Assembly: GCA_977020255.1 (NCBI GenBank) | Contig: CDROCS010000253.1 | Location: 4,092,001 to 4,156,000, forward strand | Reading direction: 5' to 3' | Source: Obrimoposthia wandeli | Taxonomy: Eukaryota | DNA: 64,000 nucleotides | In this document: positions 47,897-57,565 of the stretch, piece after piece | Layout: every line of letters begins with the position of its first letter | How positions within the stretch are numbered: the first letter of the stretch is position 1 | Translations under genes and position numbers: made by a program | The notes under the pieces: generated by a model | What the model saw: only the letters and a program-made list of their open reading frames with translations | What the model was told of the DNA's origin: nothing | The model's database searches: none

Positions 47897-50800
47897 ATTA
47901 AATCACCTGCGTGAGGTGCGACCCCGAAAATATAGACCTTGATTCATGGGTACCTGTTTCAATCCACGCACCTGCGTGAGGTGCGACTATCATATACGGT
48001 CTGTTGGTCTTCGGTTAAACGTTTCAATCCACGCACCTGCGTGAGGTGCGACGGTTTTACATCACAAGGCATTGAAAGCGCTGGTATGTTTCAATCCACG
48101 CACCTGCGTGAGGTGCGACATATTAAAAGAAATGCGTGTTCTATACCCACATGTTTCAATCCACGCACCTGCGTGAGGTGCGACTCACAGGACTACTCTG
48201 CAAGTGAGTTGATATCGGTTTCAATCCACGCACCTGCGTGAGGTGCGACGATCCGTCAAGTGCGGCCAGTGTTTCCGCTAATGTTTCAATCCACGCACCT
48301 GCGTGAGGTGCGACAGCCCGTTAATTGATTTTTATGAATCATTGAAGGTTTCAATCCACGCACCTGCGTGAGGTGCGACGAGCGGCAAAGCGTGTTTAAT
48401 ATCACCGTCAAGTTTCAATCCACGCACCTGCGTGAGGTGCGACTCAGTCTGAAAATGAACGCCTAAAATTTCAAGAGTTTCAATCCACGCACCTGCGTGA
48501 GGTGCGACAGCTAGCAGCTTCACAACGTAAGCGCATATCTTGTTTCAATCCACGCACCTGCGTGAGGTGCGACCCCAAGCATTGGCCGGCTTACGTCACG
48601 CGGCTGTTTCAATCCACGCACCTGCGTGAGGTGCGACGCCTTTGTTGCTGTATGGTGCTTTGACTTTATAGTTTCAATCCACGCACCTGCGTGAGGTGCG
48701 ACTAATGAAAGTTCAGCAGTCTTTAATTGATTTCTTGTTTCAATCCACGCACCTGCGTGAGGTGCGACGGTTTGGTGTGCTGCGGTTGATAGAGATCAGG
48801 CGTTTCAATCCACGCACCTGCGTGAGGTGCGACCAAGAAACCGAAGAAGCCAAAGCGCTTTTGACTGTTTCAATCCACGCACCTGCGTGAGGTGCGACTA
48901 AGTATATCGCACGTATCAAATGTGGTTGATGTAGTTTCAATCCACGCACCTGCGTGAGGTGCGACTTCTCCATATAATGTTAGCGCATTCGATTTATTCG
49001 TTTCAATCCACGCACCTGCGTGAGGTGCGACATTAAGTCAATACCGGCATCAGTTTGAGGCACGTTTCAATCCACGCACCTGCGTGAGGTGCGACAAAAG
49101 CATCAAGGGCTGATACGGTAATTGATCCGTTTCAATCCACGCACCTGCGTGAGGTGCGACTCTGCATCAAACGCCTTTTTTTGACGGTAAACAGTTTCAA
49201 TCCACGCACCTGCGTGAGGTGCGACAGAGTTAATGCTTTTAAATATAGAGCATATTTTAGTTTCAATCCACGCACCTGCGTGAGGTGCGACATTAGTTAT
49301 CAAAACAAAGGTTATAGTTTGATTAGTTTCAATCCACGCACCTGCGTGAGGTGCGACATTGCATCACTCTATTACTGAGTTAAAAGCTGTTTCAATCCAC
49401 GCACCTGCGTGAGGTGCGACGGTCAAGCAACAATTGAATGTTACCACTATCAAGTTTCAATCCACGCACCTGCGTGAGGTGCGACAACCTATGCCCCCAA
49501 AGTAAAGGGCAAAGATGTTTCCAATCCACGCACCTGCGTGAGGTGCGACGCATTATGTTGAAGCTGGTTATAATGTACGTGTTTCAATCCACGCAACTGC
49601 GTGAGGTGCGACAAGCGGCTAAATTACTTAGCGAACAAGCAACAGTTTCAATCCACACGCACCTGCGTGGTGCGACAATCTTTCCGTCCAGCACATCTGT
49701 AAGTATGGTTTCAATCCACGCACCTGCGTGAGGTGCGACCTCGTCAGTTTATGTTGGTAAAGAGCGGTAGCAGTTTCAATCCACGCACCTGCGTGAGGTG
49801 CGACCTCGTCGGTTTATGTTGGTAAAAGGCGGTAGCAGTTTCAATCCACGCACTACGTGAGGTGCGACGCTAAGCGCAAACACACCGTCGGCATCATCAA
49901 TGTTTCAATCCACGCACCTGCGTGAGTGCGACCACATTCAATTAGATTTTGTCTCACCTGCATTGTTTCAATCCACGCACCTGCGTGAGGTGCATTTAAC
50001 GGGGCTGACCCATTCCGTGCGATGGTTTGTTTCAATCCACGCACCTGCGTGAGTGCGACGTCTAAGCTGAGTATAACCCCTCGCTTAAATCGTTTCAATC
50101 CACGCACCTGCGTGAGTGCGACGCTGCTTACCTAGCGATGGGGCGTTCCTCCTGTTTCAATCCACGCACCTGCGTGAGGGTGCGACTGCTGCTGTACTAG
50201 CGCGGACTGTTGCGATGTTGTTTCAATCACGCACCTGCGTGAGGTTACGACGTAAACATAATAGCTTGTCTCCCGACATTGCTTTGTTTCAATCCACGCA
50301 CCTGGGTGAGGTGCATTTTGTTTGCAATAATTATTTAGTGGGAACATAGTGTTTCAATCACGCACCTGCGTGAGGAATTGCGACTTATGTTATTAACTTA
50401 AAACGTAAACACTTAGGGTAGTTTCAATCCACGCACCTGCGTGAGGTGCGACGAAACCATCCCTTGCCATTTGTATGAGTCTACCGTTTCAATCCACGCA
50501 CCTGCGTGAGTGCGACGTTACTAATAATAATGCAATTAGTGCCTCTTATGTTTCAATCACGCACCTGCGTGAGGTGCGACTGTTGATTATATTTGTTAGC
50601 ATTATACGCCAGTTTCAATCCACGCACCTGCGTGAGGTGCGACTAGGGTGCTTAATCATAAGACCTCTAATGTACTGTTTCAATCCACGCACCTGCGTGG
50701 TGCGACATCCCTACCTCACCGCAAATGTATAGCGTTTGTGTTTCAATCCACACCTGCGTGAGGTGCGACCTTCAAGCTGTGCACCCACTAATGCGATGCT

Positions 50801-51740
50801 AGGTTTCAATCCACGCACCTGCGTGAGGTGCGACAAATTAGTAATCGCATTATTTAATACTTGAGATGTTTCAATCCACGCACCTGCGTGAGGTGCGACA
50901 ACCCACATCACAGAAAAACCGCGCGGATTTAGTTTCAATCCACGCACCTGCGTGAGTGCGACCAGCAGAAACAGGTTCGGGTTGGATGGATAACGTGTTT
51001 CAATCACGCACCTGCGTGAGTGCGACACGTCTTTGACAAGGATCTAGCTGAAAGAAACTGTGTTTCAATCACACCTGCGTGAGTGCGACTTACCTATGAA
51101 TGTTAAACCTCATTGGATTAAGAGTTTCAATCCACGCACCTGCGTGAGGTGCGACACATCACCGTCGCCATCATCGGGCATATATAAATGTTTCAATCCA
51201 CGCACCTGCGTGAGGTGCGACAAACGCGACGAACTGAAGCCCATCTGGCACAGGGTTTCAATCCACGCACCTGCGTGGTGCGACAGAAAATGATAAGGTT
51301 GATTATGACTGGGTTGGTGTTTCAATCCACACCTGCGTGAGGGTGCGACACGTGGCGTTAACAGTGTTGGTCAATCGCTAGGCGGTTTCAATCCACGCAC
51401 CTGCGTGAGTGCGACTAAACGTCAGCAGTTTAATAGTGATTATGTCGCGTTTCAATCCACGCACCTGCGTGAGGTGCGACCTTACATGATTACATCGTCA
51501 CAAGGTCGCAACCTAGTTTCAATCACGCACCTGCGTGAGGTGCGACAATTTAGCTGTACCGATTCAAGTCGAAATAATAGTTTCAATCCACGCACCTGCG
51601 TGAGGTGCGACAAAAGGAAGAATGAAGATCCGCGTAACATATGTTTCCAATCCACGCACCTGCGTGAGGTGCATTTATAAATACATCAACGCCCCGCGTG
51701 TTAATGGAGTTTCAATCCACGCACCTGCGTGAGGTGCGAC
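47891..51740 (-). CRISPR. Type I-C CRISPR array: 59 repeats plus one truncated terminal repeat, 59 spacers of about 31-35 bp
   Basis: Repeat GTTTCAATCCACGCACCTGCGTGAGGTGCGAC (+), i.e. GTCGCACCTCACGCAGGTGCGTGGATTGAAAC in the transcribed sense. First full copy 47956-47987, last 51709-51740. Only the last 19 nt of the terminal copy (47904-47922) match. Confidence 0.98.
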
Positions 51741-51925
51741 TGCCTTCTTTCAAAGACAGATATAGCCTACCTGAAAACAAGCTTTAGCGCTATCCTGATA
51801 AACTTTCTAAATCACAGACAGGAGCAAGCCGTCTAAACAGGCAAGTATAAATAAAATCCATATTATTAAAGAGCTTATAAACTGCGCTAACCTCCCAGGG
51901 TTTTCATGAGAGCAATAGGTTAGCG
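51741..51925 (-). promoter_or_regulatory. CRISPR leader with a 9-bp inverted repeat next to cas2
   Basis: AT-rich non-coding stretch between cas2 and the first repeat; CGCTAACCT (51885-51893) / AGGTTAGCG (51917-51925). Confidence 0.8.
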
Positions 51926-52219
51926 TTACAACATTAAGGTATCTCTGAAAATATCGAAACTTGGCTTAGCACCATGATGTTCAATTTTTTGCTGACCTTT
52001 ATTACCTAACTTATAAAACCGTAAGCTATCACAGCTTTCATCATAAGTATCAAACAGCTTACTTTTAAACATTATCCACTGGGCACTGTCGATATCACAC
52101 TCAAAAACGGAGTACTGCACTCTAATACCATAGTCTTGGCAAATTTTTGCTATGCGACGTAATCTCTGTTGACCATTACCTTGTCCAAATGAGACATCAT
52201 AAGTTACTAAAACCAACAT
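51926..52219 (-). CDS. cas2: CRISPR-associated endonuclease Cas2
   Basis: MLVLVTYDV...RLRRIAKIC...RVQYSVFEC...DSLRFY. Confidence 0.97.
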   Translation of the reverse strand: MLVLVTYDVSFGQGNGQQRLRRIAKICQDYGIRVQYSVFECDIDSAQWIMFKSKLFDTYDESCDSLRFYKLGNKGQQKIEHHGAKPSFDIFRDTLML

Positions 52220-52252
52220 TGTTATCTCCTTTAAAAGTTATTGCTATTAATT

Positions 52253-53287
52253 TTAACGACTCAGAAAAGGTGGGTAATAGGCTAAATCACCGCGTAAATG
52301 TCTGGCTAACAACATCGCTTGAATATGCGGTAATAAGCCAATCTCAACTTTTTCTTTTAAAAATGGATGTTCAATCACTTGCTGTTTTTTTTGCTGTAAG
52401 GCACTAAATAATACTTTACGAGCAGGGTCTTTTAATTTAACAGCGCCACTGGCTTCACATTCAAAATCGCTGGCCTTAATTTGTTGCCTATTAATTAAGC
52501 TTAATACCAACCTATCAACGAGGTAAGCACGAAACTCTTCTAAAAGATCTTGGGCTAAACTGTCACGCCCAGGTCTATCGGCATGTAAAAAACCTATTTG
52601 CGGGTCTAACCCGACACCTTGTAAGGCACCACTAATATCTTGCCCAACCACCGAATATAATAAAGAAAGCATGGCATTAACGGCATCTTTCGGCGGCCGT
52701 CGGTTACGACCAGTGAAAGGGAAGTCTTTATGCAATGACGTTTTTATCAATTGTTGAAAAACTGAAAAGTATTGTGCTGCGGCATCACCTTCGATACCCC
52801 GAAGTTTATCTAGGCTATTTGCATTTTTAGCTTGTTCAACTGAAAATTTTAATCGTTCAACAACGGTTTTTATTGCCACGTTATCTTGATGGTTACGAAG
52901 TTGCCGCTGTAACAAACCCCGACTGTTCTGAATTTTAGCCGCAATCATCACCCGTGCAATTTCAATAGCATTTGATGTTGCTGATAAAGGATCACTCTGC
53001 CGGTATTGTGCCCGCCGTAACAAAACATTACCCGATTGCCGACCTTGAATTCTCGCTTGAAAACGACCAAATAAATCAAAGTAACAAAGATTGACATTAT
53101 TTTTTGCGCAATGTGCCATCAGGCCAGCAGAAACATTGGTTTGACCAAAACAAAAAATATTACTTATCGAATGTATTGGCAGCTTTAATAAGGTTGTTTT
53201 ATCTTCTTTAATGACAATGGCTTCACGCTCTTTATGCGCATAGAGCTTGTCTTTGGTCAGATACAGACTGTTTTGTAGCTTTTTCAT
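52253..53287 (-). CDS. cas1: Type I-C Cas1
   Basis: MKKLQNSLY, LRGIEGDAA, RNRRPPKDAVNAMLS, GFLHADRPGRDSLAQDLLEEFR. Confidence 0.97.
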   Translation of the reverse strand: MKKLQNSLYLTKDKLYAHKEREAIVIKEDKTTLLKLPIHSISNIFCFGQTNVSAGLMAHCAKNNVNLCYFDLFGRFQARIQGRQSGNVLLRRAQYRQSDPLSATSNAIEIARVMIAAKIQNSRGLLQRQLRNHQDNVAIKTVVERLKFSVEQAKNANSLDKLRGIEGDAAAQYFSVFQQLIKTSLHKDFPFTGRNRRPPKDAVNAMLSLLYSVVGQDISGALQGVGLDPQIGFLHADRPGRDSLAQDLLEEFRAYLVDRLVLSLINRQQIKASDFECEASGAVKLKDPARKVLFSALQQKKQQVIEHPFLKEKVEIGLLPHIQAMLLARHLRGDLAYYPPFLSR

Positions 53288-53308
53288 AAAATAAATTACC
53301 GTCCTTGT

Positions 53309-53965
53309 TTATTCATCACTTTCGTCACTCTCATCAAACTTGGAAAAAAGTTGGTTAATATAGCGGGCGCTGTGATCTTGCTCGATCACTTTAGGGTTAC
53401 AAATATCAATTAGCGAGCAAGCCTTGCATTTTTTCTCATATTTAGGCTTAGGTAAGTCCCCCGAAATGAAAATCAATCTGACCTTATTAATAGTATCTAA
53501 TGTTTCCTGTCGCAGCTTGTCATCAAAAGCCACATATTCTCGCTTACGGGTTTTCCAGTACCACAGATAACCCTCATTGACAGTTTTACCGGTCATTTCT
53601 TCCAAACAGAGACCTTGTGCGCAAAGCTGAATTTTGTCCCAGTTATCCGACTTAGCTTTGCCTTTTTTGTATTCTATGGGCGTCAGTTTGCCAGTACTTA
53701 ATTCTTTTTCCATTAAATCAAGCTTACCTGTTAAGCCAAGCTGCGCAGCGCTGACCATTACGGCACGCTCAAAACGAATCCCGTTGCGAGTTTCAGGCTC
53801 GCCACTATCTACCCGTTTATGTAGTAAATTGCCTTGAGCGGTTAAATAATTATCCGCCCAAGCTTGCTCGTTATGAATAAGTGCGCACTGACGTGGACAA
53901 AAGGCATAATGTTGCAGTGCCGAAAGAGGGATAAAACGAACATCCTTGTTCATGTGGTTTACCAT
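53309..53965 (-). CDS. cas4: Cas4
   Basis: LSALQHYAFCPRQ, GKLDLME, PIEYKKG, QLCAQ, C-terminal CKACSLIDIC Fe-S cysteines. Confidence 0.96.
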   Translation of the reverse strand: MVNHMNKDVRFIPLSALQHYAFCPRQCALIHNEQAWADNYLTAQGNLLHKRVDSGEPETRNGIRFERAVMVSAAQLGLTGKLDLMEKELSTGKLTPIEYKKGKAKSDNWDKIQLCAQGLCLEEMTGKTVNEGYLWYWKTRKREYVAFDDKLRQETLDTINKVRLIFISGDLPKPKYEKKCKACSLIDICNPKVIEQDHSARYINQLFSKFDESDESDE

Positions 53966-53969
53966 GACT

Positions 53970-54842
53970 TTAAAAGCCCTCTATAATTTCCGGTTGCAAG
54001 TTTTCAAGTACATTTAGTAATGAATCATGTAATGCCGAAGTATCGAATGCTAGACCTTGTTTAAGATGAGACTTCAAGGTTTTGTGTACTTTAGCCGATG
54101 AATATTGGCCTGATTTAGAGTTATGTTGCCACCAAATTACTTTTTCTACTGCCATTGAACCTTCAGGCCGTGCTGATGAAGCATCCCCTTCAAAAAGTTT
54201 AGGTAATACCGCTTTAATCTTTTCTGCATCCTCATTATTAAAACCTGTTTTTTCAGAAAGTTGTGGAGTCATTGCGCCAAAGGCGACATACGTTGCCGCA
54301 TCGACTCTATGTTTCATTCCCATAGTATCTGAGCTTTTTTTACTACCATCTCCCTCACCACTGACACTTTTGGTAATTTGGGTACTGGTTATGCTGATAG
54401 GCTCAAGACTAAAAGCTGATTGGATAGTAACTGGACCACGTACTGGAATAGAGACTCCATCAGCACCCGTTGTTTTTGAAAATGCAAACACTTGACCAAA
54501 CGCCCGCACATCAAACCACTTATCACAACACTTTTTGGCCGCTTCCGCTATCGGTGTTTTCTTGGCATTAAAGGTCGATTTTCCTAAACCAACCTCATCG
54601 GATTCCGCTCTATTTCTGATACTCGGCATACCATCTGTTTTCTTTTCATCAGACTGTATTAAAATACTTTCACCTTGCTCTTGTAAACGATCGCGTATTT
54701 TACGTTTGATACAAACATCTGTGATTTCACCAAAGCCATCATAGTCGGTACGGGGACGATTACCATTTAGTGGATCGCCATTTGGGTTAGCGTTTTTAAC
54801 GGAAAATATAATGGCGAAATCGATTTTGTTTTGTAAACTCAT
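53970..54842 (-). CDS. cas7c: Type I-C Cas7c (Csd2)
   Basis: NANPNGDP, TDVCIKRKIRD, FDVRAFGQVF, RGPVT, MGMKH, SSARPEG. Confidence 0.97.
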   Translation of the reverse strand: MSLQNKIDFAIIFSVKNANPNGDPLNGNRPRTDYDGFGEITDVCIKRKIRDRLQEQGESILIQSDEKKTDGMPSIRNRAESDEVGLGKSTFNAKKTPIAEAAKKCCDKWFDVRAFGQVFAFSKTTGADGVSIPVRGPVTIQSAFSLEPISITSTQITKSVSGEGDGSKKSSDTMGMKHRVDAATYVAFGAMTPQLSEKTGFNNEDAEKIKAVLPKLFEGDASSARPEGSMAVEKVIWWQHNSKSGQYSSAKVHKTLKSHLKQGLAFDTSALHDSLLNVLENLQPEIIEGF

Positions 54843-54853
54843 GGTTTATATCC

Positions 54854-56815
54854 TTATTGATTTTTATCTAATGTTGTTGCTTCTTTCTTAGCATTTAGTA
54901 CTAAACGTTGGCAGTGAAAACCTAATAAGAATTCACCTGATAAGTTTTTTTCAGAAGTAAAGTCTTCATCATGAAACAAGCTTAAGATTTCATCCAAAAG
55001 ATCTTTTCTTATTTTTATAAAACCACCACTACTATTTTGTAAACGGTGCATATAAGGCTGTAACGATAATTCAAGGTTACGCCATGTTGAACAAGGCCTA
55101 TCAGCAAAACGGTGCATCATTCTCTCTGCCGTAGTTGTGCGTTTCTCCCCTGCTTTATAAAGTGCGTATGACTCAATATTTTCAGCAACGGCTAATAATC
55201 GTCCATAGAGATAATCACGTGATCTATTCCCTTCTTCTAATGCCATGTCGTAATCCTTTCTTTCATTAAGTTTATTTGTTCGCTTGCAGTAACCTTTATA
55301 TAAAGCACAAGCTATGCCTAAGTTCTGTTCCCATAACCAACTCTCATCACGCTTATATGCCACACGATTAGTTGCGCGCTTCACCGCATAATTAACAATA
55401 TCTATCGGCAGCGGCTTACCTTCAATAATGCAAGGCATTAACCGTTCAATAATATTTTTCTTAAGGGAGTCAGTAACATTTTCACCGTAAACTGCTTTGA
55501 TGATTTTTTTAGGTGCTGGTGCGCATAATGGCCAAATGGTGTAGTTAATTGCCTTTTTATTGGTTTGCGTAACTTCCTTTTTTTGACGCTGTGGCCAAGC
55601 AAAGTCCAGATGCCATTTAGTTAAGATATCAATAAACTCTTGAGCTATGGTTTCCCGATAATAGATAATACTCAGGCGACCATTATTACCTGATGTGGAA
55701 TCAATACCTAAAATAACAATATCTTCATGAGCCTCTAACTTGCCATTTGACAAGTATCCTGACATTAATTTATTTAACCTAATGGCATAAGACTGACCAA
55801 TATCGGCACTATGTTCTTCTGTTGGCGCGGTATAATCGGCATCCTGCCTGAACCTTGCCCAAGGATCTTGCATAGGCTCAGGAATATCCTTACCTGAGAC
55901 AGCCCATGAAACAAACGCTTGATCACCATTTCTAAAACTTTGGCGACTTACTAGCCAACGCAGCGCATTATGTGCTTTTTGAGTAACATCAAAACTTATT
56001 CCAGCAACTTGATAACCATTAGACTCAGTTGTTTTTTTTGTATCGGTGAAGCGTCCTTTAAACGTAAAGCCATCAAAGTCATTACCTGATATTAGCTTAG
56101 CTTTATCTCCTGTATGCCTAATTTTAGCAGGATGATTAGTTGCTAGAACAGAGTAACTTCCAGTAACATAACAAATTCCTTTATGACCACCATTTAGGCC
56201 ATCAAAATTAATCCAGCTCTGTTGTAGTGTTTTATCAAGCCAAGTATTTCTCTGTGGATCACCAGGGATTTCAACAGTCCAACAAACCAACGCCGAACCT
56301 TGCTCTAACAGCCCCTTATCTTTTGGTAACACTCTAAATAATTTTGGCTGTTCTTCCTCTGATAACCACTTAGTTAACAGAGTATTATTCTGTGTATATA
56401 AAATATTATGCTTAATCAAATCAGCAACCATTGTCGCTTTAGATACATACCGCAACACCGCCTGCGCTGCTGGATGTACAAACTCTGACTCGCACCATTG
56501 AGTTAATAATGCTTTGTACTCATTAAAACCACTTTTTTTCAAACCACCAAAATCACTATAATCGCCAGCAACATATTGAATTTTATCAGCAAGTGAATGT
56601 GGCGAAATACCACTACTACGTCCTGCTGATTTTTCCGTTGCAGGTAGCACCACCTGTATTTTTTCTAATACTTCTGCCCGTATAAAGTCACCGTCACCGC
56701 TGATCACCACATTAATATGAGCATTTTGTAAGGTATGGCTTATTGGCATCAACTGCTGTTCATTAGATGCCATCGCTTGTTCATAAGTATCGTATAACTT
56801 AGCCATCCAGCTCAT
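54854..56815 (-). CDS. cas8c: Type I-C Cas8c (Csd1)
   Basis: MSWMAKLYDTY, GICYVTG, AKLISGND, GRLSIIYY, RDYLYGRLLAVAE, FLLGFHCQR. Confidence 0.96.
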   Translation of the reverse strand: MSWMAKLYDTYEQAMASNEQQLMPISHTLQNAHINVVISGDGDFIRAEVLEKIQVVLPATEKSAGRSSGISPHSLADKIQYVAGDYSDFGGLKKSGFNEYKALLTQWCESEFVHPAAQAVLRYVSKATMVADLIKHNILYTQNNTLLTKWLSEEEQPKLFRVLPKDKGLLEQGSALVCWTVEIPGDPQRNTWLDKTLQQSWINFDGLNGGHKGICYVTGSYSVLATNHPAKIRHTGDKAKLISGNDFDGFTFKGRFTDTKKTTESNGYQVAGISFDVTQKAHNALRWLVSRQSFRNGDQAFVSWAVSGKDIPEPMQDPWARFRQDADYTAPTEEHSADIGQSYAIRLNKLMSGYLSNGKLEAHEDIVILGIDSTSGNNGRLSIIYYRETIAQEFIDILTKWHLDFAWPQRQKKEVTQTNKKAINYTIWPLCAPAPKKIIKAVYGENVTDSLKKNIIERLMPCIIEGKPLPIDIVNYAVKRATNRVAYKRDESWLWEQNLGIACALYKGYCKRTNKLNERKDYDMALEEGNRSRDYLYGRLLAVAENIESYALYKAGEKRTTTAERMMHRFADRPCSTWRNLELSLQPYMHRLQNSSGGFIKIRKDLLDEILSLFHDEDFTSEKNLSGEFLLGFHCQRLVLNAKKEATTLDKNQ

Positions 56816-57528
56816 AAGTTTTCCTCCAACTCAGCAGCTAATACGTCAACCGCTTGAATGTTTTCGTCTAATGCAAACGTTTTTGGATCCATATCACGAA
56901 CAAAGCGCTTAATGTCACAAGCTTCAGGGCGCGGAAATTCAATAACACCTTTTTTCATACACGCATGCCAAAAACGGCTATGCAGTTCTTTAACGCCCGT
57001 TTCATCTGGGTAGTCAAAACCATGAAACATTAAACCAAAACCTAATTCATCAATATCATCATAAGCGCCATCACCTTCACCAAATAGGCAAGGCTCAACA
57101 TAGGCTTGGCAATCTCTCACCCCTAAAAAAACATCTTGCCGCCCCCCTTTCTCTAGCATACGTTTGGCAATACTAAAATGTTTTCCATCAATGCGATCTG
57201 CCTTTAATTCTGGACGATATTCATTCCATTCAAAATGCGCTTCGACCTGATATTCCACGTCATGTAAAAAAGTATAAATAGCCAAGGAGTTTCCACCACC
57301 CCAGTTCAATGGCTTAGTCCCTTTGGTTTGTGTTCTTAATTGTTTGATCACGCGCACTTTGTCAACATACCAAGTTAAGGTTGGTTTCCAATAGATCGAC
57401 TTCAGCACGCCTTTAATCGCTTCATAGGTGGGTAAATGATAAGAACATTTTTCACCGCCAACCTTGGTAATGGGATCAGTAAAAAGCGCATAACGCCCAT
57501 AGACCCGAAAACTAATACTATTTTTCAT
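56812..57528 (-). CDS. cas5c: Type I-C Cas5c (crRNA-processing Cas5d)
   Basis: ALFTDP, SYHLPTYEA, IYWKP, LHDVEYQVEAHF, FLGVRDC. Confidence 0.97.
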   Translation of the reverse strand: MKNSISFRVYGRYALFTDPITKVGGEKCSYHLPTYEAIKGVLKSIYWKPTLTWYVDKVRVIKQLRTQTKGTKPLNWGGGNSLAIYTFLHDVEYQVEAHFEWNEYRPELKADRIDGKHFSIAKRMLEKGGRQDVFLGVRDCQAYVEPCLFGEGDGAYDDIDELGFGLMFHGFDYPDETGVKELHSRFWHACMKKGVIEFPRPEACDIKRFVRDMDPKTFALDENIQAVDVLAAELEENL

Positions 57529-57565
57529 GAATTATCCTCATACATTCATCCTTTTGTTGTACTAT

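Noticed and set aside
47939-51680. About 18 ORFs of 63-105 aa within the CRISPR array
   Set aside because: They are translations of repeat-spacer units (recurrent FQSTHLREVR / VAPHAGAWIET).
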